From the NCBI GenBank assembly GCA_965153285.1, contig OZ229114.1: a DNA stretch of 64,000 nt; one strand, 5' to 3'. Positions 40,758 through 53,816 of the stretch are shown here, piece by piece. Both the position numbers and the translations under genes were made by a program. This DNA comes from Podarcis tiliguerta (taxonomy: Eukaryota). Every line of letters begins with the position of its first letter. Position 1 is the first letter of the stretch. The notes under the pieces were generated by a model, which was not told the DNA's origin, ran no database searches, and saw only the letters and a program-made list of their open reading frames with translations.

Positions 40758-41581
40758 TTAAACATCATTACACTTAAATCTCTTCCTTGTGTCAGAATCC
40801 AGCTGGATTATACAAGATGTACATAACTGTACAGCAAGGGAAAAAACCCAGAAATGAATTAATGTGCAATAACCCACTTAAATCATCAGCCCGCTTGTTA
40901 AATCTGAACCTACTGCAAATTATTTCAGGAAGAGGCACAGAGGCATCTTTGCTAAAAGGAGCAGCTTATCCAAACACACTCCGCCCACAAGTTTGCGCTC
41001 TTAATATACAGAAGCCTACGGGTGGGTGACTCAAGCCATTTCCTCTCAAATAGCTATCTGTTAGCAGCACTTGTCCAGAAGAAGCTTGACACATACTGGT
41101 TAGGCTGAGATTGTTAAAGCAACTGAGGTCCAGCTTTTGCCACTGATTTTTCTAGAGAAGTTCAATGATGGGACAATTCTACTTAAGCGTGTGGTTTCAT
41201 AAATGCAACTTAATGGCATTTCAAAGCATAATGCCAAGGTTTCCATTAAAAGACACTCCAAAACTTCCCAGGCTTAAGAACAACCAAAGTACAATTCTAA
41301 AAACAACCCATGCCTACATTTAAAAAAAAAAAATGGATCAGAGCTACAGACCTTTAATTTGAGAACCTAATGCATCAGGTCTAACTTTAAATCAAATCAC
41401 TAATTAGAAATCATTGAAGTTAACATAAATAAATAAATGAGCAGTAAAACGTGAGCAGGAACCATCAGGCACATCAGTTTTTTTGCGTGGAAAAGCAACA
41501 TGGAAAAGCAAACATGACAGACACAGTAACTTGCCAAGCCAATTCAATCCTAACCTAGAAGAATATGCAAGGCTGGATTAC

Positions 41582-41597
41582 CTTTTTCTTTCACCAT
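41582..41597 (-). CDS. ABLIM1: ABLIM1 alternative first coding exon, MVKEK + 1 nt
   Basis: GCC ATG GTG AAA GAA AAA G|GTAATC: optimal Kozak and phase-1 donor. Gives MVKEK-VAHPQ, an ABLIM1 N-terminus recalled from other vertebrates. Confidence 0.85.
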
Positions 41598-41639
41598 GGC
41601 CAGAACACCGTCTTTGTAGCAGACGCAGCACAGATTAAT

Positions 41640-41803
41640 TGAGGTGCTTTATAAACGCATACACACACACACACACACGCTCGTGCTATCTTTGCAGCAG
41701 TAGTTGGCAGAGACGAAGAAACAATTGCCCAGAAGGCAGCCTATTCCAAAGTACTCTGTATTATTTTCCCACCAGATCTGACGTAATTGGAATGCTTGGT
41801 GCC

Positions 41804-41846
<43 letters not shown>

Positions 41847-41860
41847 CCCCCCCCCCTTCG
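41640..41860 (-). promoter_or_regulatory. Putative promoter of the MVKEK isoform
   Basis: TATAAA at 41653-41648, CRE/ATF-like TGACGTAA at 41779-41786 abutting CCAAT at 41790-41786, (TG)n and (GA)n/poly-G tracts. Confidence 0.45.
41807..41856. repeat. (CT)n microsatellite plus poly-C run
   Basis: read directly. Confidence 0.9.
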
Positions 41861-42178
41861 GTCTGCTTTACTCTTCCTAATGGCAGCTCATTCCCAGGGA
41901 ATGGACTCTGCCCCTTCTGCGGCAGGAAAGAAAGGAAGAAATAAAGAAAAAAACAACACTGCACAGCAAACAGCAACACTAGCAGCCTCTGAGTAACGAA
42001 GGCAAAATTCCACTGTCGCTAATCCACAGTCATTGACACCACCTTGCAGTCTTCTGACAAGGCACAACAGAGCTGGCAAGCCAGGACTCCCCCAAGTGAC
42101 AGATACTAGAGTAGAAGTGAGAGACGCCACAGGACCTGCTGCAAGTAACAAAATGGAAAAAGATTTAATGGTGTGTGT

Positions 42179-42204
42179 ACACACACACACACACACACAC
42201 ACAC
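42179..42204. repeat. (CA)n microsatellite
   Basis: read directly. Confidence 0.9.
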
Positions 42205-42987
42205 TTATATATTTAGTTCCCTCTGTCAGACTGAGAAGCAACATGACATGAATACAGAATCAGAGATGGCACAGGCTGCAGCAAGGCTGTATACAGTATA
42301 GGTTTCCAGTTTTCAGGGACAAATTCAATCACAGAGAAGCTTCAGGACTTGTATATTTGATAAAGTGCAGGATGGAATAAGACAGTGAAACAGGTGCAAG
42401 ATGGTGGCACGATCGCCAAAATGTTTAAAGCAGTTGTTCCAAAGTTCACAGAAGACAACCAACCAATGAAGTAAGCACTGCACTGGATTTTGCATAGCAG
42501 ACTCGAAAAAGTGATGAGTTTGCCCAATCTTCTGGAATACAAAATAAGCTCCATCCTTCAACAAAGCTCTTACCAGGGAAAGGCTTGAAACATGTGTTGT
42601 GGGCAACATACATTTCTTTAACCAGAATTCTAACTGCCCCCACTCTCTGCCACACACAGCTTACAGTGCTGTAATTCCCACAGCCAGCAGTATATCAATC
42701 AAACACAGGCATTTTTTAAAAAATCATTTTGGAATTTATTAAAAAACCTGCATTTTGCTTCAAAAACCACACATGCTGGGATTTTCTTCTTCTTTGTACT
42801 GTTGTTTACTTGGTTCCTTCCACATCCTTTTCCTTCATAGTGAATTCTAAAATTCCTTTTTGAACATCTCCTGGAAATACCTTTGTAAAGTTCAAGTACA
42901 GATTTCTATACAGGTGTACCGGCTAAGAAAGGCCCTGTAAATAAATATGAAGGTGATTTTTCATGTCTGTAGTATTACTGGCATACA

Positions 42988-44360
42988 GAGACTCATCAGC
43001 CATTTTACCCGCCTGTATGGAGTTCGTCCTCATCATCATCAGCCTGATGAAGAGATGAAGACCAACATCCTTGGTTGGTCCTACATCGCCAGCACTCTAC
43101 ACATCAACAATGGTGACCAAACGCTTAAGGTAGTAGACAGTTTGTCTACTTGGGTCCCACAATAATCATTGACACTGAGCTGGGCAAGCTGGGCAAGGCA
43201 GCTACAGCAATGGCTCACCGCTCCAAAACGGTATGGGAGAATGTGATGCTAATGGCCAATACCAAGATGAAGGTCTACCGGGCTTCTGTTTCGAGCACAT
43301 TGCTTTATGGAAGTGAGTCATGGGCTCACCTGCCAGAAGCATCACCTCGATGCCTTGCATATGTGCTGTGTCAGGAAGATTTTGGGCATCACGTGGCAGA
43401 ACACAGTCTCAAACAAAGATGTATTCTCCCAAGATGTCAGGGACTGGTCAGATGAAAATGGGGTGGTAGAGACTGCCACCCCAGGAGGCTTCTGGGCATG
43501 AGGCAGATACAGATAGCATGGATCCAGATTCATGGTGGTGCCAAACAGGACACACCCCAGACGAAGAAGAAAAAGGCTGGGAAAATAATGGTGGATGAGG
43601 AACAGAAGCAAGCTATCAGGTGCTCTAGTCCCGAACAGAGACAGGAGTCAGAAGTGGTAGAAACAGTACAGCAGGCAGCTGTCACTTGAAAGAGCCTCCT
43701 CCGTCTCCTTGAACGAGACGCTCCCTTCTTAGAGCAGAAAGCCAAACAGACAGAAAGATTCCTTTGTCGGCCACCATAGGCAGCAGGAGTGGTTTGGAAA
43801 CTAGGAAGTACAGCAAGCTCTCCACATCTCTGGTTCCACTAAGCAGTTAGCCAGTGAGCTCATGACAGAAGCCCACATTCCCAGCATGTCCACACTTCAC
43901 TCTCAATGACATCTACACTAACTTGGCCATGCACACAGAATGGAAGATGGCAGGGTCCCCAAGGAGATGTATGAGGAGATGGCTTCAGGCACTAGGCCTG
44001 TTGGCAGACCAACTCTGCATTACAAAGATGTCTGCAAACGTGACATAAAAGCTGGCAACGTGAACCCTGCCATATGGGAATCCCTTTCAGATGACCGTAG
44101 TGCCTGGAGACAGTCAGGTCGTGTATCCACAGCAATGACCAGATCAGGATTGACCGCTAGGAGGAGCGCAGAGAGAAGAAACACCATGGTGCACCTGTAG
44201 CAGAAAAACCAGGTGCCTTCATCTGCCCCACCTGCAACAAAAATTATTTTTGCCATATCAGTCTCTACAGCCACAGCAGACACTGTAACTCTCCAATGGT
44301 TTCACTTTCCCCTCGAAGTTGCACTCTTCCATTGTCTCCCAAGATAGTCGGATGCCAACA
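42988..44360 (+). mobile_element. 5'-truncated RTE-clade LINE with 17-bp TSD, interrupted by a solo LTR
   Basis: RTE C-terminal motifs TKMKVYRA..STLLYGSESW, RKILGITWQ, MEDGRVPK...GTRPVGRP..YKDVCKRD. TSD agtattactggcataca (42971-42987) / agtattattggcataca (44361-44377). Confidence 0.88.
43435..43867. mobile_element. Probable solo LTR (433 bp) inserted in the RTE LINE
   Basis: Starts TGTCA and ends TGACA, flanked by caaga / gaagc (degenerate 5-bp TSD). RTE sequence resumes co-linearly on both sides. Confidence 0.7.
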
Positions 44361-45900
44361 AGTATTATTGGCATACAAGGGTTGTTGTTTTTTAAGACCT
44401 TACATCAGCTCTCTTCCTAGCACCTTCTCCTCCTTATGATGGTAATTTTCTATAAGGGAATTGAAGACTATTTCACATAATCTACTGCTTACTGGCCTAA
44501 GTAGTCTCACCATTTTCAGGGTACACTAAGAGATCCTTCTTGCCACTGCCTCTCTCTTTTGCTTCAGTTCCAGCCAGAATTGATTAGGACTACAATCATA
44601 AGCAAGACACTGTTCTGTGCTTTCTACCCAGATGAAAGCCCTACTATGCTCAATGTGGCTTGCTCCCAAGTAGGCATGCATAGGATTGCAGCCCAAGTTT
44701 GCTACAGACAGGACATGATTCTTTAAATTCTTGGGGAAACGGCCAAACTGGGACTGAGGTACCCAAGAGTGAAAGCTGAACCAGGGGCTTATGGCTACTT
44801 GTCCCATGTTTCCTATCTATCACCCAGATTCCTCTCTTTGTTTTGACTCCCAGGAGTCCTTCCTCTAAGTAACTAAAAGCAGATAAAGTGGTAATAGCAG
44901 AAGAAAGAAAAAGCAGGGGAGTAGATAAGGGAGGATCTTGGGGGCAGCAAGGTCAGTGAATAGGAAGAAGAGATAAAAGTCAAGAGAAAACAAGACCAGG
45001 GTTGCATCCAGGGCATTTACTGCCTAGGGTTAGCACTGGGAAAGGCTCCAGTGGCAGTGTTTTTTAAGTGGTCACTTTCCAAGCATCAATGTAGATGCAA
45101 CCATGAAAATGCTGGTAAAATTGTCTTGCTGTAAAACTGAAGAAATGAGCATAGGAGAAGAAGCCAGAGCAGAACAGGTGCTGAATCCTTCTCCTGCCCT
45201 TGCTTTCCAGATGAAACAGCTTCTCACTAGCTGTTTTTCTGCAGGTGGGAGAAACATAGGTGGGAAGGAGGTAGAAAGGGGCAGAATGAAGGCAGGGAAG
45301 CATTTACAAAAATGCAGCCCAACCCATATCCCAGCAGTAAGTTGTACCGCCTTAACATGTAGTTAGAGCTTCGGTTGGGATGTTTGAATAAAGGATCACC
45401 CCTGAATATATGACCTTGTTCTCAGTGCAGAGGGTTAGCTCTGGGATCTGGGAACTATGGGACACGTATGGTAATTCTAAGTGCATATAAAATAGGGAGG
45501 AGGAGGAGGAGGAGAAATAGCCTGCTACTTGGCCAGCAACATATGCAATGCTTGCCTGCCTTTTTTTCCTGCTAAAAGAGGTTACAATTAAGCTGCAGGA
45601 ATCTGTGCTCCATGCCCAAAGTCCTTTCCCTTTCGAGGGCATATCTTCCATATACCCTTAGCCATGGTTCAGCATTACAATGGGTAGCATAAATTAAGTG
45701 TGCTCTTATCCAATATTATCCAGATCCTGGGTGGGCAGGGGGGGGGGGAATTGTAGTCTTACCAATTTTCTTTCCATTTCCCTGCACCACTGCCTCATCT
45801 ATTGGTGGCATGCAACCTTGGACAGATTATCTCAAAGGGAACACAGCATTAGGCTAACACAGGACAGACGGATGGTGCATCTCAAAAGAGTGATAATGTA

Positions 45901-46175
45901 CAGTGGTGCCTCGCAAGACGAAATTAATTCGTTCTGCGAGTTTTTTCATCTTGTGAATTTTGCGTCTTGCGAAGCACGGTTTCCCATAGGAAATGTATTG
46001 ACGGTTTCCCATAGGAATGCATTTACGGTTTTAAGAAAAAGGCGCAAGACGTTTTCGTCTTGCGAAGCAAGCCCATAGGGAAATTCGTCTTGCGAAGCAA
46101 CTCAAAAAACAAAAAAACTCTTTTGTCTTGCGAGTTTTTTGTCTTGCGAGGCATTAGTCTTGCGAGGTACCACTG
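45901..46175. mobile_element. Tc1/mariner-type MITE (cagtggtgcctcgcaagac family)
   Basis: TA-flanked on both sides, TIRs cagtggtgcctcgcaagac / gtcttgcgaggtaccactg, internal reiterated gtcttgcga. Confidence 0.88.
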
Positions 46176-49100
46176 TACAGTCACCCTTAAATTTTATCTA
46201 ACAAGCAGTCACCGTTAGTTGTGGCAGATATTAAATCATCTGGCTTTCCTTGTATTCCTTATTCATCCAGATCTGTTATTTGAATAGATGAGACACACAG
46301 GAAAAAATGCATTGGGTGTGTGTGTATTTCCTCACCAGTATAGGCTGGGCTTCTGTTATCAGATCCCTGATAAACCCTGGGAACAGAAGGATAACATTCC
46401 AACTTCTGTGGCTCACTATACTGCTAAGAATAGCTTTAGGACCTCACTATGTGGTGATGGATTGAAACTTTTTGCCCTTAGATACTAAGCTGGTTCCAAT
46501 GCAACAACCAACAGTGGTTTATAGCTACTTATACAAGGCTCTGGCTCATATGCTCCCCCCCACACACACTTTCTCCTTCTCCAGGATGGCTGGGAGCAGA
46601 TCAAAAAGCTTTTACTGCCAACAGCATTTAACCACAGTTCTGTGTTGTATCTAACCCTACATTGCAGTTATGCATCTTATGTATCATTAGCTGAAATAAG
46701 GCAGCTTCATAAAACTTTGGTTTAGAGTTGACTTCATTTAGATAAGCATAGTTAAGACTAACTGCAGTTTGTCCAGGTTGAGGCATCACAACAACACTTA
46801 TGTGGTTAATCATAAATGGATGCAGTGGAGGGGAGGAAGGGTGAAGGGAGTATGCAAGCCTGAGGCTCACAGAATCTGACTCCTGTAACAATAACCCAGT
46901 CTTTCTTTTAAAAATTGCAGACTAGCTTGAGTAGTTATTGTTTTATAGATATTGCTGCATTTGGGATATTGAAGGAGAACATCATAGTGGTGCCTCCACA
47001 ACTTTCTGTGCTATTAACCCCCTGGAAATTACCATGTCTGCATATGAAAAGAATTAACCCTTAGGGGTGATCTTGCACAAAAGGTTTTTCTCACCAAGTA
47101 TCACAGACTTTCCGCTTCAAGAAGTGTTGGCATGTAAGGGTAACTGCTGAAGACTGGAACATTTTGCTCATGGAGTGGCCAAGTCTCATTTTTCACATGT
47201 GCTAAGGATTAACACTGCCATGTTCCATCTTGCCCCCAGTCCCAACCCAGCTGAGTGGCAGCCAACTGGAGAAAAGAGCAAACTGGTCCTTCTCCTATCC
47301 TCCTGTATTCCCAATTCTATATGTATGCATGTATTTATGTGTGCATGTGTGTAGATGTCTATATCTATCTCTATATATAAAAATATCAAACAACATCTCT
47401 ATATATAAAAATATCAAATCAAATATCAATTCAGACAGTTAGGTCTGGATCCTGGTGGAATACAGTTATCTCTATATCCATATATTTATTACAGTGAGAA
47501 AACAAAATTTCTGCTTAGAAAGCCTTCCTTCACTGAAGTTAGGCTATGCAGAGACCATGCAGTTTTCATGTGTCCGGTGTGTTCATCTTGTTCTTCCTAT
47601 TTGCTAACATTGTTGGAGATACAGTACATACACCATCAAAACCCTTCAGACTCAGGGCCAAAATAAATGCGGTTCAAGAAATCCATTACAAGATCTTGTT
47701 GTTTTTTTGTATTTTGGTTAAATAATAAAATACTAGGTATAATAAAAAGGGAAATTCCTTGAATGCCCAAATCCAGGTTTGAGGCAAGTACTCTTTGGTG
47801 AGAGAACCCCAAAACATGCAGCAAAGTAAAGCATGGATATATAGGCTGTTAGACCTTTAAAATATCCCCTTCTAAGTTCCTTTCAAAGTTCTCCACTTCC
47901 CTCTGCAAGAGCTGTTACTAAATGCAGAAAGGATACAAAACATGGTAGCCCCCTGGCTCCTTTTTCCCCAAAACGAAAAGTTTTCAAGAGATCCAGCTAT
48001 GGTGTTCCCATGTTACATTTAGCCTGTACCTCAGCTGTTGGGTACTACAAATAAAACAATGTAAATTGAGCATTTTTGCTTAGGTATATTTTACTTCTCT
48101 TATAAAGAGCATGTTTTGATTGCTGCAGGGAACAGTAGTACTACAGTGGTGTTTCTACAGCAAACATGTAAAGTGTGTGATTAAAATGTGCCTGCACACG
48201 CACACATCTTTAAATGCCTATCTAGGTTCAGTTTTCCTAGATGCATCTCTTTCTTCCTCACCTTATCTGCTGCGAGAAACAATCATAATGTGTAATGTTG
48301 CCCAAGGCCTGGCACCATCACCCAGAATGGTAGGGCAAATGCCTGGGGGGACACAGTTCTTTGAAGGCCTACCACTGCCAACAGCAACATCACCTTGATG
48401 CTTCTAACAATAACAACAACAACAACAACAATAAGTACTTAGCAAGCCAGGCACAGCCACCACCACCACTATTTCTCCAGAAAGCCTCTAAAGCACGTTT
48501 CTTCTCAGTGTATGGCTGCCTCCCTATCCTCTGCTGCACCACCATGCAGCTCTCCCCCTGCCGGTAAACTTGCTACAGAGAGGCAGAGGACACTTGGCCA
48601 AGGGCCCCTTCAAATTGGCACAGCCTGCAGCTTTGTCCTCGAGCGAGCAATGAAGTGTAAAATAGCAATTCTAGAAGCACACCACTAGTTTGAAGCTACT
48701 AGCCTACCACAGATTTTGTCTGGCTATGTTTTGTTTTAAAGTTCCACACAATCATTGCAATTTGAACTCATTATGGTCCTGTTCTGAGACTGAGTACAAG
48801 AACCAATTCAGTTTTGTATCTTAAGAGCCATATACACAGACAAGTGAGTGTTTATATTTTGTTACAAATGTATAGATTTCTTGCAAGGATAGGAAAAAAG
48901 GGGGTTCAAAATGCAGTGCTTGACAGTAAGACAAATAAAATGTTGAAAGTTTGAATAGGTCACAGAGTTAACCCTGGAATACTGGTTCTGGGAAAGAGCA
49001 TGGTGTAGGACATAAATTAGCCTACAGAGCATTTTGCAAACATGATTCTAAGCTGAGCAAGGAACCTGAAAGAGTTAAGGAGTCTAAAGGACCTGACACC

Positions 49101-50561
49101 TTTAATAACACTGAAAAGTAACCTGCCACCTTCAATAACATGCTTCACTTAGCAATAATGTGCTTAATTTTACCTCATCTGGTCACAGCGGAGGTATTTA
49201 TTTCTTCTCTTCTTGTGGACATTAGTGTAAAGCAATTGTCCATAAGCATTACCATAGCAACAACTGACACCTACAATGATGTGGGATTTCTTTCAGGGCA
49301 AAAGTACATAAGAAACCAGAGGAGATTTACTATCATCCAAATAATAAAACACACCAGTGATCAGACACCTTGCTTTGGCTTTAGGGTGTAATTTAAACAT
49401 AATACTACCCTTTATTGAAACTGCTGAAGAGTTGACCTAGCTCCCTAACGCAAACACACAATGTCGAACAAATGTTGCGCTAGTAGAGACTTTTGTGGTG
49501 CTTTCCACTAGAACAACAATTTAGTTAAATACGGCCACATGGACCTGCCAATACTAATAATTCTGAAATGTCATGCATATCCTCCCCTGCAAATAGGTGC
49601 TAAAAGTAATCTCCTCCCCTCCCCCCCCCCGACCGTGTTTTCGCAGTAGCAAGACAAGAACATTAACAGTAGGAATTAAGACTGTTTCAAACATTATGGA
49701 TTAGGAGTGTACACTGTGTGTACATCAACAAATCTGGGGCAGTTAAACACATTTATATCACCAGGTACATACACAGCAGATACCTGGAACTGGCTGCATA
49801 TCACCAGTAGGTCCATGTGCATGCAATAAAAAGACAAATGCATGCTCTCTCACTCCAGAGTATGTATAGCGGTCATTGGTTCACTCATCCTGAACAAAAA
49901 AACCAAACATGTAAAGGTCACTCTTTTTACTGTTGTGTTTACAATGGTTTTCATTGTGATTACGGAAATAAAAGAATAACACCAAAATCCTAAACCTGTT
50001 TACTCAGAAAAGTTTTTATTGTATGGCTTTCGGTATAATTGTTGTAAACTACTCTGCTTTTTTATGAATAGCAGTATGTGGGTATATGGCTGGGTGTGTT
50101 TGTAGAATAGTACAGAGGAGATCTAAAGTGTTTGCAAAGAAAGATACTCATAGCAAATTTTGGAGGTGGGGCAAACTTTGCTGTGGTAGTAACTCATGGC
50201 TGGTTAGTTTTGGTATTATCACACCATGGAGAAAATAATGGTGGCAGCCAGGTGACAACAGCTGGAAGGCGTTCCAGTGCCTATCAGTGGGTTTCACACC
50301 CAATGTTCTCTTCCTCTCCCACCCGTACAACACCCAGCCACCCTGGGCTTTTATCACACATAAAGGACAATGGCAAAACGCAGGGAGTACTTTAGCTCAG
50401 CCCAAATTACTGCAGATTTCTAATGCTAGACTAGATTTAGCACACATCAGTCCAGCATCAAAGAGCCTTGTATGACTGCATTACAATTGCAGAGTTTACA
50501 CCTGCTAAAAGTTACAGGTGGGTGGAGGGGTAAGATTGCCTTCACATAAATTGTATATATT

Positions 50562-50694
50562 ACAGGTAGGTAGCCGTGTTGGTCTGCCACAGTTGAAACA
50601 AAATAAAAAAAAATCCTTCCAGTAGCACCTTAGAGACCAACTAAGTTTGTTATTGGTATGAGCTTTCGTGTGCATGCACACTTCTTCAGATACC
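50562..50694 (-). mobile_element. Penelope-like element (PLE) terminal fragment with about 23-bp target-site duplication
   Basis: Minus strand reads ...gaaagctcatacc...ttagttggtctctaaggtgctactgga...ccaacacggctacctacctgt, as recalled for reptile PLE ends. Flanks ccttcacataaattgtatatatt (50539-50561) / ccttcagataaattgtgtatgtt (50693-50715). Confidence 0.75.
50655..50694 (-). ncRNA. Minimal type I hammerhead ribozyme motif (PLE-associated)
   Basis: GGUAU-CUGAAGA-A-GUGUG(CAUG)CACAC-GAAA-GCUC-AUACC: intact catalytic core, 5-bp stem I, 5-bp stem II, palindromic AGCU stem III, predicted cleavage after CUC. Confidence 0.75.
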
Positions 50695-53674
50695 TTCAGA
50701 TAAATTGTGTATGTTTGCTTTTTCACTGTTTAGGGAGTGGAAGAGATTAAATTGCTCACAATTTTATCTTGATTAAGGAGAAAATAGAAACCAAATGCAG
50801 GAGAATGGCAGATCTGAGCCGCTCTGAATAAAAGTGCTGCACACTCAATCACTAGGGATATTATCTGAAGCTTTATTCACCTTTCTTCCTTCCCAGATGG
50901 AGACTAAGCTCCAATCCGGCCAGCTTAAGAGACCTGACAAGATCAGAGGTCACTGATAAGGTGCTGCTATGTCTGCAGGTCATAGCAAGAACACAACACG
51001 CACACCTTTATTTGCCAGTGGGCTGCTATTGGCTTAGCAGTTGCAACCAGAGGCATCAGTTGCTGAGAAGAAGATTACGACTGAGGAGTCTCCCTCCCTT
51101 CTAATTACTTCAAGCTGCGTCTGTCAGAAGGGGGAAGACTGAGGAGTCTGCTGCATTTCTCTATGCTATTCTCAAAACACAAACAAAGGGAAACAGCTCA
51201 CCCTTATCACAATGTTTATATTATTAATTAAATTTCAATACCGCCCTTCATCTGAGGATCACAGGGTGGGTTACAATATAAAAACACAAATGTAAAAATA
51301 ATAGCTATGGGAACAGCTCAACTCCCATCACTTGATCTCAACAGGAATTTGCCATGCCTCACAGTACAGATCCTTTTGCTGGATCATGTTATGAAAATGG
51401 CATTTGCTCGCTCCATTTTTATTTGCAACTTTTTGCTATCTAAAAAAAAAGGACACAAAAACAGTTTTAAAAATAGATTGAGGTGGTCTCATACCGGTAG
51501 TGAAGCTGTTTACACCAATGGAACTGCTCTTCAGACTAATTTGTCCAAGGAAATTAGTGTTTCTCCAACACCTCATCTTGAATATTTTGCTGTGGGGGGC
51601 TTCCCACTTTTTCTTTTAGTACAATAGCCATTATAGTTCTTTCTGCCTTAGACACAAACAGACCAATTCTCTGCACATCTTAGTAAAACTGTGCATTTGC
51701 TAAAAACATTACATCAGCAACATAAAAAAACATTATCATCCAAACTGAGCTTTCCTTTTAACTCTGGGTCAACATAGCATTGAACCACAAATGGGACTCA
51801 CATTAGTCTGCTGGGAACAGGCCAATGCTGGGCTCAGGGCAGTCTCACTGCTCATTTTACAAAACATTTCTTTTCTGCAGTCATGGAAGTAAAAATCCTT
51901 TTAAATAATTAAATAAATTTCTATAGTAGCAAGGCAGAACATTGAGTAAATTAGTTTACAAAGCATTAGGTAAATTCTTCTGTCTGGCAGAAGTTAATGT
52001 TAAAAAACTGAACCTAAACATTTGTGCTGGCAACAGTGTGTGGCTTAGAGCTGTGAATTTGTGTGTGATGCCTCACACAGGTTTCTATATCCTTGTGCAG
52101 AGGGTTAGTTAATCTTTAGTTTAATGTTTGTTATTCTAACTGGTTCAAGTTCAGATACTGAATCTGATGATGTCTCAATCAGCTAATTACACATTCAACC
52201 ACAACCAATAAGAAGTTATTACATTACATAGACTAAACAGCTTAAAAATAGGCTCTCAGATCCACAAGGTTCCATTTGAAGCAGATTCCCATGAGACTAA
52301 TGAATTTGTCCAGAACTCAAGAACAATCACAAACTCTAATTATACAAAATCCTCTGAACACCTAAGTGCCTATATCACACTGTGAAAACCTCTTAACACT
52401 CGACTTAACTGTCTTAATCCTAAAGGTAGGAGTCAAAAGTATCAAAGCGGCCAAATAAATTGATCCCATTGACAGGATAAAAACTATGGCCAGGATCCAA
52501 GCCAGAGCAAGTGGCTGTTATGCTCAGACAAACAACTATTTAAGCTCCTGTTCAAGTTGCAGCTCCCTGCATGCTTCCAAAATCTCTCTCCCAAGTTTGG
52601 GGCCCTCCACAGTGGCAGCTGGTAAGATACAGTACAAGGTACGTAATCATGGGCAATTGTAGTCTGTGCCTTCCTCTGTGTGCGGGATCTTATCCAGCAT
52701 GCATAATCCAGCCACAGGGAAGCATTTCAGTGAAAGAGAGTGAAGAATATGCTTAACTTTCTCTGACTGAAAGAAAAAAAAAGATGTGCCCAAATTTTGA
52801 TGGAATCTGTGGCATGTTAGTAACACTGCATAAAGGCACTCCAGGAAAAGAAGAATCACTAGCTGCTGCCGTTTTCAATTCAACTATGCAACGGAAGGCA
52901 ATTTATGGTGAAAATACTGGGTTGCCTGGAGATTGATGGCCGAGGGAAAACTGACTAGATAGGCTGGACTCAAGCATTTGTCACTTGTCCTCCCTGAATG
53001 GCACCTTTATACTTCAGAATTCCATTTTCATCATTTGGAAAATGGAGATAATGACCACATTTGTAATTCTGTCTAATACCTAGCAGTATTAAAATTATTA
53101 TTTATTTAAAATTTAAAGCACCTTTCTTCTCCAAGCAGTTCAGAGTGGCAAGATAAGCTGCTTGAATAACTGACCACCACTGTTTCTAAGATATCAATTA
53201 ATTCTTTGCTAGACATTCCACAATCTCCTGTATCACAGCAGTGATAGGCACAACGTAACACTAAAGGAATCATGCAGTTTTAAAAAAGCCTGCACTTTCC
53301 AACCTAGGCCACATTAAAGGAGTTTTTACATTTATGTTCTGTACATTGCACGCTATATTGGGATTGTTGCACTGTCATGTTACTTGAGTTTACTATCACT
53401 TCACAGCAGCAGAAAAAACTATCAACTATTGTGCTCCCCTTTCTCAAGAGATGAAGGGATAGAAATAAATTTCAACGAAACACACAACTAAGGGGTGGCA
53501 TAATAATCAAAAGGCAGGGCTTCTGCTTGGACCAAGCATCTAATGGGAACAGAACTTAAATCAAACAATACATGTTTTTTAAAGGACCTGCTTAGGAGCT
53601 CTGCTTCTTGACTTACCACCTTGTTGCCTTAACTATACTCTCTAGTTTACAGCCACCTTAACATCTGGTTAAAC

Positions 53675-53816
53675 TAGACTTCCTCAACCTGGTGCCCTCC
53701 GTAGGTTGCTGGACTACAACGCCCATTGTCCCTGACATTTGGGCCATGCTTCCCTGTGGCTGATAAGAGTTGGGAGTCCCAACAACTTCTAGAAGGCACC
53801 AGGTTGGGGAAGCCTG
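53675..53816. mobile_element. hAT-type MITE (older copy)
   Basis: TIRs cttcctcaacctggtgccctc / gaaggcaccaggttggggaag, same ggactacaa core. Confidence 0.75.

Noticed and set aside
47367-47418. 24-bp direct repeat at 28-bp period (similar short duplications near 27005, 32248 and 34635)
   Set aside because: Two-copy slippage duplications; not CRISPR-like or otherwise structured
50930-51070. Cluster of AGGTCA, GATA and CCAAT motifs (possible enhancer)
   Set aside because: Short motifs alone are insufficient without conservation or chromatin data
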